Source: an uncultured Gemmatimonadales bacterium
GTDB taxonomy: Bacteria; Gemmatimonadota; Gemmatimonadetes; Longimicrobiales; RSA9
Direction of reading: 5' to 3'
Length of the DNA: 64,000 nucleotides
Assembly (NCBI GenBank): GCA_963816355.1
Contig: CAWFKH010000003.1
Span: 1,638,622 to 1,702,621 of the forward strand
The notes below the pieces were generated by a model. That model was not told where the DNA came from. It did no database searches and worked only from the letters and a program-made list of their open reading frames with translations. A program made the position numbers and the translations under genes. This document shows positions 31,436 to 41,610 of the stretch, piece after piece (position 1 is the stretch's first letter; each line of letters begins with the position of its first letter).

Positions 31436-33628
31436 ATGTCTGCCAGCCGACTCATCACCATGGCTCTGGGCATCACGCTGCTGACGACGACACGCTTCCC
31501 CGCTCCGCTCTCCGGGCAGGCGCCAGCGGCGGCGGCGAGGGCGCCGAGCGGGCGAGGGGCGACGTCGCAGAGCGCTCCTCCGGGACGGGCGGCCGCGAAC
31601 CCGTTCGCGGAGCCGAGTCCTCTGCCGTACCACGCACCGGAGTTCGACAAGATCCACGACGCGGACTTCGAGCCGGCGCTGGAAGAGGGGATGCGTCGTC
31701 AGCGGGAGGAGATGGATCGGATCGCGAAGCAGGCGGCGGCGCCGACGTTCGAGAACACGATCGTGGCGATGGAGCGTTCGGGGCGGATGCTGGAGCGGGC
31801 GGAGCGCGTGTTCTTCGCGCTGACGGCGGCGAACACGGACGACACGCTGCAGGCGGTGCAGGAGAAGGTGGCGCCGGAGCTGGCGGCGCACAGCGACGCG
31901 ATCCACCTGGACGACGCGCTCTTCCAGCGGGTGAGGAGCGTCTACGACCGGCGTTCCTCGCTGGGGCTGGACGCAGAGCAGCGGCGGCTCGTCGAGCGCT
32001 ACTACGAGGACTTCGTGCGCGCGGGGGCGCAGCTCTCGGAAGCGGACAAGACGAAGCTGCGGGCGCTGAACCAGGAGGAGTCGAAGCTCACGACGGACTT
32101 CCAGAACCGGCTGCTGGCGGCGACGAAGGACGGCGCGGTGGTGGTGGACGACGCGAGCCGTCTGGCGGGGCTGAGCGACGGCGAGATCGCGGCGGCGGCG
32201 CTGGCGGCGAAGCAGCGCGGGCTGGAGGGGAAGTGGGTGCTGCCGCTGCAGAACACGACACAGCAGCCGGCGCAGGCGTCGCTGAAGGACCGCGCGCTGC
32301 GGGAGGAGCTGTTCGAGGCGTCGACGGAGCGGGCGGAGCACGGGGATGCGAACGACACGCGCGCGGTGATCCAGCGGCTGGCGCAGCTGCGCTCACGCAA
32401 GGCGAAGCTGCTCGGCTACGACACGTGGGCGGCGTACACGCTGGCGGACCAGAACGCGAAGACGCCGGCGGCGGCGATCGGGCTGCTGGAGAAGATCGTG
32501 CCGCCGGCGACGGCGAAGGCGCGCGCGGAGGCGGCGAAGATGCAGGCGCTGATCGACGCGGAGGGAGGGGACTTCGCGCTGCAGCCGTGGGACTGGCAGT
32601 ACTACGCGGAGCGGCTTCGCAAGAAGGAGTACGACCTCGACGAGTCGCAGATCAAGCCGTACTTCGAGCTCGACCACGTCCTGAAGGATGGGGTCTTCTT
32701 CGCCGCGAACCGGCTCTACGGTCTCACGTTCAAGGAGCGCAAGGACATCCCGGTCTACGCGCCGGACGTGCGCGTCTTCGAGGTGTTCGACGCGGACGGC
32801 AGCCCGCTCGCGCTCTTCTACTGCGATTACTTCAAGCGCGACAACAAGAGCGGCGGCGCGTGGATGGACAACTTCGTCGGACAGTCCGCCCTGCTGGGGA
32901 CGAAGCCGGTCGTCTTCAACGTGGCGAACTTCGCCAAGCCGGCGCCGGGCGAGCCGGCGCTGCTCAGCTTCGACGACGTCACGACGATGTTCCACGAGTT
33001 CGGGCACGCGCTGCACGGCATGTTCTCGGACGTCGAGTACCCGACGCTGTCGGGCACCAACGTGCCGCGCGACTTCGTCGAGTTCCCGTCGCAGTTCAAC
33101 GAGCACTGGGCGCTCGAGGCGACCGTGTTCGCCCACTACGCGAAGCACTACGAGAGCGGCGCGCCGATGCCGCAGGCGCTGGTGGAGAAGATCAAGAAGG
33201 CGCGCACCTTCAACCAGGGGTTCGCGACGACGGAGCTGGTCGCGGCGTCGCTGCTCGACATGGCGTGGCACACGCTGGACGCGAGCGCGCCGCAGCAGCC
33301 GGTCGACTCCTTCGAGACCGCGGCGCTGAAGCGCTACCACGTCGACGTGCCGCAGGTGCCGCCCCGCTACCGCTCGACCTACTTCGCCCACATCTGGTCG
33401 AACGGCTACTCCGCCGGGTACTACGCCTACCTGTGGAGCGAGGTGCTGGACGACGACGCCTACGCCTGGTTCGAGGAGCACGGCGGCCTCACGCGCGAGA
33501 ACGGACGGCGCTTCCGCAGGCTCGTCCTGTCGCGCGGTGACACGGAGGACACGGGCGCGCTGTACCGCGCCTTCCGCGGCCGGGACGCGAGCATCGAGGC
33601 GCTGCTGGAGGCGCGAGGCTTGAAGTAG
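31436..33628 (+). CDS. dcp: M3 family metallopeptidase (peptidyl-dipeptidase Dcp-like), secreted
   Basis: FHEFGHALH, RDFVEFPSQ.NE, GYSAGYYAYLW; signal-like N-terminus. Confidence 0.9.
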   Translation: MSASRLITMALGITLLTTTRFPAPLSGQAPAAAARAPSGRGATSQSAPPGRAAANPFAEPSPLPYHAPEFDKIHDADFEPALEEGMRRQREEMDRIAKQAAAPTFENTIVAMERSGRMLERAERVFFALTAANTDDTLQAVQEKVAPELAAHSDAIHLDDALFQRVRSVYDRRSSLGLDAEQRRLVERYYEDFVRAGAQLSEADKTKLRALNQEESKLTTDFQNRLLAATKDGAVVVDDASRLAGLSDGEIAAAALAAKQRGLEGKWVLPLQNTTQQPAQASLKDRALREELFEASTERAEHGDANDTRAVIQRLAQLRSRKAKLLGYDTWAAYTLADQNAKTPAAAIGLLEKIVPPATAKARAEAAKMQALIDAEGGDFALQPWDWQYYAERLRKKEYDLDESQIKPYFELDHVLKDGVFFAANRLYGLTFKERKDIPVYAPDVRVFEVFDADGSPLALFYCDYFKRDNKSGGAWMDNFVGQSALLGTKPVVFNVANFAKPAPGEPALLSFDDVTTMFHEFGHALHGMFSDVEYPTLSGTNVPRDFVEFPSQFNEHWALEATVFAHYAKHYESGAPMPQALVEKIKKARTFNQGFATTELVAASLLDMAWHTLDASAPQQPVDSFETAALKRYHVDVPQVPPRYRSTYFAHIWSNGYSAGYYAYLWSEVLDDDAYAWFEEHGGLTRENGRRFRRLVLSRGDTEDTGALYRAFRGRDASIEALLEARGLK

Positions 33629-33640
33629 CCGCGCGTTCGC

Positions 33641-33918
33641 GCGGGGAAGCCGCCTGGCGGCGGGGAAGCCGCCTGACGGCGGGGAAGCCCGCCTGCGGCG
33701 GGGGGAAGCCCGCCTGCGGCGGGGGGCCGCCTGCGGCGGGGAAGCCGCCTGGCGGCGGGGGCCCGCCTGCGGCGGGGGAAGCCCGCCTGCGGCGGGGGGC
33801 CGCCTGCGGCGGGGAAGCCCGCCTTGCGGCGGGGAAGCCCGCCTGGCGGCGGGGGAAGCCCGCCTGGCGGCGGGGGGCCGCCTGCGGCGGGGAAGCCGCC
33901 TGACGGCGGGGGGCTTCT
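33641..33918. repeat. spacer-less array of about 15 mini-palindromic 17-21 bp units (GGCGG-G(n)AAG-CCGCCT)
   Basis: Directly visible between dcp and the SDR gene. Confidence 0.9.
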
Positions 33919-33936
33919 GCGGAGGGAGAGTAGGGG

Positions 33937-34947
33937 GTGCGCGCTCGCCGGTTCGAGGGTCGCGTGGTGTGGATCACGGGGGCGTCGTCCGGCATCGGCG
34001 AGGCGCTGGCGCTGGCGTTCGCGGCGGAGGGAGCGGAGTTGGTGCTGTCGGCGCGCGACAATGTGGCGCTGCGCGACGTCGCCGCGCGCTGCCGATCGCG
34101 CGCTGAGAGGGGCGTGGTCGCGGCGGGCGGCGCGCCGCGGCGCGCCGCTCCGCAGGACACCGCTCCGCAGGACACCGCTCCGCCGGACACCGCTCCGCAG
34201 GACGTCGCTCCGCGGGACACCGCTCCGCAGGACACCGCTCCGCAGGACACCGCTCCGCCGGACGTCGTTCCCCTCGATCTCGCCGAGCTGGACCGGCTGC
34301 CGCGCACGGCGGCGGCGGTGATCGGGCGCCACGGCCGCGTCGACATCATGGTGCACAACGCGGGCGTCGCGCACCGCGCGCTCGCGGTGGACACGCCGCT
34401 CGAGATCGACCGGCGGATCATGGACGTGGATCACTTCGGCGCGGTGGCGCTGACGAAGGCGCTGCTGCCGGGGATGCTGGAGCGGGGGGCGGGGTGCTTC
34501 GTCGTCGTCGGCAGCCTCTCGGCGAAGTACGGGGCGCCGCTGGTGTCCGCGTACGCGGCGGCGAAGCACGCGCTGCTCGGCTTCTTCGAGTCGCTGCGGA
34601 CGGAGGTCGAGTCGCGCGGCGTCCAGATCACGGTGGTGATCCCGGGATTCATCCGTACGCCGATCGCGAAGCGCGCGCTCACCGGCACGGGCGAGCCGTT
34701 CGGCCGCGACCTGTCGGTGCACGAGCGCGGCATGTCGGCGGAGGCGTGCGCGGCGAAGATCCTGCGGGCGGTCGAGCGGAGGCGGGCGGAGGTGCTGATC
34801 GGGGGCGGCGAGGTGGCCACGGTGTGGCTGCACCGCCTCTTCCCGGGCCTGCTCTCTCGGCTGGTGCGCTCGCACCCGGTCCGCACGCGGGAACGCTGGC
34901 TGGCGCGTCTGGGCCTGCGGCGGAAGCGCGGGAGAAGCGGGGAATGA
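33937..34947 (+). CDS. SDR oxidoreductase (DHRS7-like) with an in-frame repeat insert
   Basis: ITGASSGIG, HNAG, S...Y.AAK catalytic motif, PGFIRT. Confidence 0.9.
   Translation: MRARRFEGRVVWITGASSGIGEALALAFAAEGAELVLSARDNVALRDVAARCRSRAERGVVAAGGAPRRAAPQDTAPQDTAPPDTAPQDVAPRDTAPQDTAPQDTAPPDVVPLDLAELDRLPRTAAAVIGRHGRVDIMVHNAGVAHRALAVDTPLEIDRRIMDVDHFGAVALTKALLPGMLERGAGCFVVVGSLSAKYGAPLVSAYAAAKHALLGFFESLRTEVESRGVQITVVIPGFIRTPIAKRALTGTGEPFGRDLSVHERGMSAEACAAKILRAVERRRAEVLIGGGEVATVWLHRLFPGLLSRLVRSHPVRTRERWLARLGLRRKRGRSGE
34145..34264 (+). repeat. 8 x 15-bp in-frame VNTR encoding (APQDT)n
   Basis: ccgctccgcaggaca units. Confidence 0.92.
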
Positions 34948-35027
34948 GCCGGGCGCCGCCCCGAGGACCTAGGGGCGGCGCCCGGCCGATCTCTACCGGA
35001 CCGGTGGTCCGGCTCGGGCGGAATCGA

Positions 35028-35561
35028 TCAGCCGCCCGCGCTGCCGACCGTCACCTTGCCCGTGCACTGACCTTCGGAGCCGATGACGGTGAAGTCATAG
35101 GTCCCCGCCTTCGCGTTCGCCGTGTTGATCCAGAGCGTGAGGGCGTTGCCCTCGTTCGCCATCTCGATCGGCTTGTGATCCTGCTCGCCCTGCTCCGCCA
35201 TCGGAGCCTTCGCGAGGTCCTCGGGCGCCGCGAGCTTCAGAGCGCTGTCCTCGCCTGCCTGGAAGCCGCTCACGTCGCCGATGGGCTCCGACAGCGTGAG
35301 CGCGAGCTGAACCGCCGCGTCGCCGGCGGCGATCGGCGCGGCCTGCGCCGTCGCCGTGCACGCCTGCGCGGGCTGCTGCTGCGGCTGCGCGGGCTGCGGC
35401 TGCTCGGGCTGGGGCTGCTCGGGCTGGGGCTGCGGCTGCGGCTGTTCGGGCTGGGGCTGCGGCTTTGGCTGCGGCTGCTGCGCCGAAAGTTGCACGGCCG
35501 TGAAGGCGAGCGACATCGCGGTCGCGACGGCAAGAAGTCGATTTCTGGGGAGAGTTCTCAT
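35028..35561 (-). CDS. secreted hypothetical protein with Gln/Pro linker and a Cys-bracketed beta-rich domain
   Basis: Signal-like N-terminus ending LSA, (QP)n repeat, ACTA...GQCTGKV. Confidence 0.7.
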   Translation of the reverse strand: MRTLPRNRLLAVATAMSLAFTAVQLSAQQPQPKPQPQPEQPQPQPQPEQPQPEQPQPAQPQQQPAQACTATAQAAPIAAGDAAVQLALTLSEPIGDVSGFQAGEDSALKLAAPEDLAKAPMAEQGEQDHKPIEMANEGNALTLWINTANAKAGTYDFTVIGSEGQCTGKVTVGSAGG

Positions 35562-35617
35562 CACCGAATCTCCTTGGCTTGAGTCTGCGCGTAATGCGCT
35601 TGGTCCGTGGCAGGCTG

Positions 35618-35632
35618 GCAACGTGCATGCCA
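35618..35632 (-). promoter_or_regulatory. sigma54 (-24/-12) promoter candidate
   Basis: Minus strand TGGCAT-GCACG-TTGC, about 55 nt upstream of the 35561 start. Confidence 0.6.
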
Positions 35633-35675
35633 GAGCCGGCGCTCGCGCGCTCGACCGTCCGCGAGAGGGGCGGCG

Positions 35676-37196
35676 TCAACGGGGCGGCGGGCGGCCTCCC
35701 CGGGTGGACGAATCGTCGGCGGTGAGGGGCCGCAGCGACGTCAGCGTCTCGACGTCCTTGCCGTCGTGGCTGATGCGGCGCAGGAAGATGCGGGGCGGCC
35801 GCGAACGCACGAACAGGGTCTGGTTGTCGAGGCCCGTGGCCACGTTGACGCGCAGGGCCCGATAGCTCCTGCCGGCGACCTGCACGGTGTCGGTGCCCCG
35901 CACGTCGTAGCGTTCGTGGCCGACGAGGCCGGTGCGCGGGTCGAACGTGACGAACTCGACGCTGCGTCCGAGCAGCGAGTCGGCGTCGAGCAGCGCGAAG
36001 GCGAGGTCGCTGATGTCGCGCAGCAGGATTCCGGGCGGGAGGCGACGGTCCAACTGCACCGCCTGGCCGCTGGTGTCGGTCACGATGCCGACCGCGTGAT
36101 CGCCCTCGAAGCGCAGGTCGTGCCGCGTGGTGGCCCATCCGGATCCGTTCCACTCGGCGGTCTGCCCGATGGCCGACAGCGGCCGCAGCCGATCGGCGCT
36201 CACGACGACGCGGCTCCGTTCGCGCTCGAGGGTCTGGAGCGTTCCGAAGGGCTCGGCGGCGCGCGTCGTCTCGCTCTCGCGATACGCCTCGATCCGGGGC
36301 CGCGAGCTGCCGAGCGTGTTGATGATGCGGTACGTCGTTCGGGTGTGCTTCGTACGACCCTCTCCGAGCGCGACCTGGGTGTCGATCTCGTAGCCGCTGA
36401 AGGCGGCCGTCCGGTAGCGCACGCCCTGGTTCACCCCGTCGGCACCGTCGGACGCGGTCGTCGCCTCCTCCTTCCCGGCGGCGAGGCCCGTGGGCTTCAG
36501 CACCGCGACGGGCCTGCCGTCGAGGTGGGTGAGCAGGCCGCGGGCGTAGTTGATGGGCACGGCGAAGTTCAGGTTCTGGCCGCCCTGCATCTGCGAGACG
36601 GCGATGCCGAGGACCTTGCCGTCGGTGCCGAGCACGGGGCCGCCGCTGGAGCCGCTGGACGCCGGCGCGCTGACCTGGAGCAGCTCGTAGCCGGCGGCCT
36701 CCTGACGGCGACCGCTCACGATGCCGGTCGAAACGGTGTTCTCGAGGCGCAGCGGGCTGCCGATCAGCACGACGGGCGCGCCAATGTGCACGGAACCGGA
36801 GTTCCCGAGGTCGAGCGAGGGCAGGTCGAAGCCGTCGATCTGGAGGACCGCAATGTCGCGGCGGGGATCCTCGGCGAGCACCTGGACATCGTCGTAGACG
36901 TCGCCGGAAGCGAGCTTCACGCGCGCGCTCCTCGCATCGCGGATGACGTGGTAGTTCGTGAGGATGCGGCCCGTGGCCTCGACGATGAAGCCGCTGCCCT
37001 GCCGGGTGCCGGAGGGCGTCTTCACGTCGATGAGGACGACGGCGGGGGTGGCGCGGGCGGCCAGCGCCTCCAGCGAGTTCCGGGTCTTGTCCTGGACCTG
37101 CCCCGCGAGCCCGCCACCCGAAGCCGTGAGGAGAAGCAGGGTGAGGGCGACCAGGCGCCGGCACCAGCGGAAACGTGCTTGCGAATTGAGACGCAT
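35676..37196 (-). CDS. secreted trypsin-like (S1C) serine protease with uncharacterised C-terminal domain
   Basis: GSGFIV, LTNYHV, DIAVL, SGSSGGPV triad; no PDZ motif recognised. Confidence 0.85.
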   Translation of the reverse strand: MRLNSQARFRWCRRLVALTLLLLTASGGGLAGQVQDKTRNSLEALAARATPAVVLIDVKTPSGTRQGSGFIVEATGRILTNYHVIRDARSARVKLASGDVYDDVQVLAEDPRRDIAVLQIDGFDLPSLDLGNSGSVHIGAPVVLIGSPLRLENTVSTGIVSGRRQEAAGYELLQVSAPASSGSSGGPVLGTDGKVLGIAVSQMQGGQNLNFAVPINYARGLLTHLDGRPVAVLKPTGLAAGKEEATTASDGADGVNQGVRYRTAAFSGYEIDTQVALGEGRTKHTRTTYRIINTLGSSRPRIEAYRESETTRAAEPFGTLQTLERERSRVVVSADRLRPLSAIGQTAEWNGSGWATTRHDLRFEGDHAVGIVTDTSGQAVQLDRRLPPGILLRDISDLAFALLDADSLLGRSVEFVTFDPRTGLVGHERYDVRGTDTVQVAGRSYRALRVNVATGLDNQTLFVRSRPPRIFLRRISHDGKDVETLTSLRPLTADDSSTRGGRPPPR

Positions 37197-37471
37197 CGGC
37201 ATCGATCCGGATCTCCGGGATCGTGGGTGCGACCCCGCGCGGAGCCAACCTCACGGGGAGCCGCGGCCCTCCGTTCGGACACGACGGAGCAGGATCGGGG
37301 CCAGCGCGCCGGCGGCGGCGACGCAGGGGCCGCCGTGGACGCGGTCGACCCCCGTGTCGCCGCCGTCCCGCGTCGAGGCTGCCACGTCCGACGTGACTGG
37401 CCGGGCTCGAAGCCGCGCTCCATCTTCAGGGCCGGTGTGTCGCGGGATCAGATCCAGCGCGGAGGCACGGC

Positions 37472-38503
37472 ATGTGGAGGGGCACACGGCTGGGCACACG
37501 GCTCCTGGTGGCGGCCGGGGCGGCGGCGGCGACGCTGGCGGGGGCGGCGACGCTGGCCGGGGGGACGGCGCTGGCCGGGCGGACGGCGGTGGTCGGGGGG
37601 AGGGCGGTGGCCGCGGGGGCGACGCTGGCGGTCCGGGCCGCTGCGCGGGGGACGCCGGTCGCGGCCGGCGCGGACACGACGTACGTGGTATTGCTGGGGA
37701 CGGGGACGCCGTTCCCGGATCCGCGGCACCAGGGCCCGGCGACGGCCGTGGTTGTAGGCGAGCGCGTGTTCCTCTTCGACGCGGGTGCGGGCGTCGAGCG
37801 GCAGATGGAGGCGGCGCATCTGCCGATCAGCGGTCCGACGGCGCTCTTCATCACGCACCTGCACAGCGACCACACGCTCGGCTATCCGGACCTGATCCTG
37901 ACGTCGTGGGTGATGCGGCGGACGCGGCCGCTGCAGGCGTACGGGCCGCCCGGTCTGCAGGCGATGACGGACCACATCGTCGCGGCGTGGTCGGAGGACA
38001 TCGACATCCGTACGCACGGCCTCGAGCGCGAGGTGGAGGGCGGCTACCGCGTGGCGGTGCACGAGATCGGACCGGGCGTCGTCTACGACAGCGGCGGCGT
38101 CAAGGTGACGGCGATCCCGGTGCTGCACGGCAGTTGGCGTTACGCGTTCGGCTACCGAATTGACACGCCGGACCGCTCCATCGTGATCTCGGGCGACACG
38201 CGGCCGAGCCCGGCGCTCGAGGCGGCGGCGCGCGGCGTCAATGTGCTCGTACACGAAGTGCATGCGCACGGGCGCGTGGCGCGTGAGGATCGGCCGGGGG
38301 GCGAGCTGTGGCCGGAGTACATGAAGCAGTTCCACACATCGGACGTGGAGCTGGGGGCGCTGGCGGCGCGCGCGCGCCCGAAGCTGCTCTTGCTGACCCA
38401 CATCGGGTACCGCGGCGCGACGCCGGACGAGGTGCTGCAGGGGATCCGGCAGGGCGGCTTCACGGGCCGGGTCGCCGTGGGCGAGGACCTGGGCCGGTAC
38501 TGA
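37472..38503 (+). CDS. metallo-beta-lactamase-fold hydrolase (RNase Z/arylsulfatase-like)
   Basis: LLGTGTP, THLHSDH, SGDT, LLTH; N-terminal 18-bp repeat expansion. Confidence 0.87.
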   Translation: MWRGTRLGTRLLVAAGAAAATLAGAATLAGGTALAGRTAVVGGRAVAAGATLAVRAAARGTPVAAGADTTYVVLLGTGTPFPDPRHQGPATAVVVGERVFLFDAGAGVERQMEAAHLPISGPTALFITHLHSDHTLGYPDLILTSWVMRRTRPLQAYGPPGLQAMTDHIVAAWSEDIDIRTHGLEREVEGGYRVAVHEIGPGVVYDSGGVKVTAIPVLHGSWRYAFGYRIDTPDRSIVISGDTRPSPALEAAARGVNVLVHEVHAHGRVAREDRPGGELWPEYMKQFHTSDVELGALAARARPKLLLLTHIGYRGATPDEVLQGIRQGGFTGRVAVGEDLGRY

Positions 38504-38665
38504 CGGCAGGACTCCTTCCACGGCGCGCCGGCCACGTTCTCGGCCGCGTGGAGGCTGCTGAAGCGGCCGGCATCGTCGCCGCGCCGGCATTGCCTGCGGC
38601 GCCCGAGCGGCGGTAGCTTGGCCCCACCTCCGTGGTTCCCTCCGGACTCTCGACAGGATCGAACG

Positions 38666-41158
38666 ATGTCCGATGCCTCCGTCTTCACGCGCGGGCGGGC
38701 CCCCGCGACCGCGTTCCGCTCCGCACGGCTCGTCCTTCTGGCCACGCTCGCGCTGGCCCCGGCCGCGCTGGCGCCGGCCGGCGTCGCGGCCCAGAAGCCG
38801 TACCGGCTGCCGCCGCCGGAGATCGTGCGGATCCTGGACGCGGCGCCGCTGCCGAGCGCGCTGGTGAGCCCGGACCACTCGGCGGTCCTGCTGGTGGAGC
38901 GGCCGAGCATGCCGTCGGTGGCCGAGGTCGGCCAGCCGATGCTGCGGCTCGCCGGCTACCGCATCAACCCCAACACGAACGGCTCCGCGCGCACGAACGG
39001 CGCGATCAGCGGCCTCCTCGTGAAGCGGCTGGGCGACGGCGCGGAGCTGCGCGTCCGCGTGCCGGCGGGCGCGACGCTCGGCTCGCCGCAATGGTCGCCG
39101 GACGGGAAGGCGATCGCGTTCACGCGCACGACGGACGACGCCGTCGAGCTGTGGGTGGCGGATGCGGCGACCGGGGCGGCGCGCCGCCTGGGCGAGGGTC
39201 GCCTGAACGGCACGACCGGCGATCCGTGCGCGTGGGAGGGGGACGGCGCGGGGCTGCTGTGCCGCTTCGTGCCGGACGGGCGGGGCGCGGCGCCGGTGGA
39301 GCCGCCCGTTCCGCCGGGCCCGACGGTCGAGGAGTCGCTCGGCCGCGCGGCGCCGGTTCCGACGTACGAGGACCTGCTGGAGGACGGCCACGACGAGGCG
39401 CTCTTCGACCACTACTTCACGTCGCAGCTCGCGCGCGTCGACGTGGCGACGGGCGCGAGCGAGGCGGTGGGCCGGCCGGGGGTGATCGACGACGTCGCCC
39501 CATCGCCGGACGGGCGCTACCTCCTCGTCACGCGCACCGTCCGGCCGTACTCGTACCACGTGCCGGAACGGGACTTCCCGAAGGAGATCGAGGTGTGGAC
39601 GGCGGGCGGGGAGAAGGTGCGCACGGTCGCGTCGCTGCCGCTCTCCGAGCTGCCGTGGCGCAGGGTGCGCACGGGGCCGCGGGACGTGGAGTGGCGGCCG
39701 GCGGGCGCGACGCTCGCGTGGGAGGAGGCCCTCGACGGCGGCGACCCGACCGAGCCGGCGGAGTATCGCGACCGCGTCGTCCAGCTCGCGGCGCCGTTCA
39801 CGGGCGAGCCGGCGGAGCTGCTGCGCACGCCGGAGCGGGTGGCGTCCGTGATCTGGGCGGGCGCCGACCTGGCGCTGGTCACGCAGCTCGACCGGCGCAA
39901 GGCGTGGACGAAGACGTGGCTGGTCGACGCGGCGCACTCGGACGCGCCGGCGCGGCCGATCCCGGCGTTCGACCGGAGCTCCGAGGACCGCTACGGCGAC
40001 CCGGGGCGGCCGGTGCTGCAGACCGGCGTGGGCGGCGGCTTCCGGCGCGGCGGCGGCAACGAGGCGATCCGGCGCGGCGACGCGATCTATTTGGCGGGCC
40101 AGGGCGCCGGCCCGGAGGGAGAGCGTCCGTTCCTGGACCGGCTCGACCTGAAGACGCTGAAGACGCGTCGCCTGTGGCGGAGCGGCGCGGACCGCTACGA
40201 GAGCGTCGTCGCCCTGCTCGACGACGACGGCTCGCGCATGCTGACGGAGCGCGAATCGGCGACGGAGCCACCGAACTATTACGTGCGCCACGGCCGTCAG
40301 ATGAGCGCGCTCACCCACTTCGAGGATCCGGCGCCGCGCTTCACGAACGGCGTGACGAAGCGGCTGGTGGTCTACCAGCGCGGCGACGGGCTGCCGCTCA
40401 ACGGCACGCTGTACCTGCCGCCGGACTACGCGCCCGGGACGCCGCTGCCGACGATCCTGTGGGCGTACCCGCGCGAGTTCGTGTCCGCCGACGCCGCCGC
40501 TCAGGTGACGGCGACGACGAACCGCTTCACGCTGCCGCGCGGCGCCGGCCGCATGCACCTGCTGTTCGCCCTGCAAGGGTACGCCGTCTTCGACGGACCC
40601 GGCATGCCGATCCTGGGCGGCGACACGGCCAACAACCACTACATCGAGCAGCTCGTCGACGACGCCCGCGCCGCGATCGACAAGCTCGTGGCGATGGGGA
40701 TCGCGGACCGCGACCGCGTCGGCGTCGGCGGCCACAGCTACGGCGCCTTCATGACCGCGAACCTGCTCACGCACTCGAGCCTGTTCCGCGCGGGCGTCGC
40801 CGAGAGCGGCGCCTATAACCGGACGCTCACGCCGTTCGGCTTCCAGAACGAGCGCCGCTTCTACTGGCAGATCCCCGACACCTACGACGCGATGTCGCCG
40901 TTCCAGAACGCCGACTCCGTCCGCGGCGCGCTCCTGCTCACGCACGGCATGAACGACGACAACACCGGCACGTACCCGATCCAGTCCGAGCGCTACTACG
41001 CGGCGCTCAAGGGCCTGGGCAAGACCGCCCGCTTCGTCTACCTGCCGTTCGAGGCGCACGGCTACCTCGGGCGCGAGAACGTGCTGGACGTCTTCGCCGA
41101 GGAGATGGCGTGGTTCGATCGGTACGTGAAAGGGGGTGGGAAGGCGGTCGTGCAGTAG
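38666..41158 (+). CDS. S9 family peptidase (prolyl oligopeptidase-like), secreted
   Basis: WSPDG propeller repeats, GGHSYGA nucleophile, HG..D.N, EAHGY. Confidence 0.9.
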   Translation: MSDASVFTRGRAPATAFRSARLVLLATLALAPAALAPAGVAAQKPYRLPPPEIVRILDAAPLPSALVSPDHSAVLLVERPSMPSVAEVGQPMLRLAGYRINPNTNGSARTNGAISGLLVKRLGDGAELRVRVPAGATLGSPQWSPDGKAIAFTRTTDDAVELWVADAATGAARRLGEGRLNGTTGDPCAWEGDGAGLLCRFVPDGRGAAPVEPPVPPGPTVEESLGRAAPVPTYEDLLEDGHDEALFDHYFTSQLARVDVATGASEAVGRPGVIDDVAPSPDGRYLLVTRTVRPYSYHVPERDFPKEIEVWTAGGEKVRTVASLPLSELPWRRVRTGPRDVEWRPAGATLAWEEALDGGDPTEPAEYRDRVVQLAAPFTGEPAELLRTPERVASVIWAGADLALVTQLDRRKAWTKTWLVDAAHSDAPARPIPAFDRSSEDRYGDPGRPVLQTGVGGGFRRGGGNEAIRRGDAIYLAGQGAGPEGERPFLDRLDLKTLKTRRLWRSGADRYESVVALLDDDGSRMLTERESATEPPNYYVRHGRQMSALTHFEDPAPRFTNGVTKRLVVYQRGDGLPLNGTLYLPPDYAPGTPLPTILWAYPREFVSADAAAQVTATTNRFTLPRGAGRMHLLFALQGYAVFDGPGMPILGGDTANNHYIEQLVDDARAAIDKLVAMGIADRDRVGVGGHSYGAFMTANLLTHSSLFRAGVAESGAYNRTLTPFGFQNERRFYWQIPDTYDAMSPFQNADSVRGALLLTHGMNDDNTGTYPIQSERYYAALKGLGKTARFVYLPFEAHGYLGRENVLDVFAEEMAWFDRYVKGGGKAVVQ

Positions 41159-41610
41159 GCCCGCCGCGGCCTGCCGGGGTCCGCACGGCGAAGCCCGCTT
41201 CCGGCAGGCGGCCGCATCGGCACCGGCGGAGATCCGGTTCGCGGTGGTGCCATACTCGGGCGCAGCGTCACCAGCAGGTCGCGAACGTGCCCTGGCGATA
41301 GAGTGCGCAGCGATCGAAGGTCGCGACACGACTGCGATGCGAGCCATATTCCAGGAGCACGCACCGCTGGAGGACCTCCGTGTGTTCGGCCGCATGATCG
41401 GGGAGCGTAACCTCCCTGACTTCGTCTCCTGCATGAAGGGCCGACGGATGGAATTCGCGGTCGCCGGGAACGCCCGTCTGGCCTTGGAGGCACACCGGGA
41501 AGGCGTGTTTGCCATCCGGGGCCCTGAGGCGATCCGGGTCCAGTTGCGGACTCGGCTTCAAGCCATCACCGTCGGGCGCTAGACGCCACCATGAGGCGCA
41601 TGCCCCACTC

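Noticed and set aside
33641..33918. CRISPR array
   Set aside because: Units are contiguous with no unique spacers, and there are no cas genes in the window.
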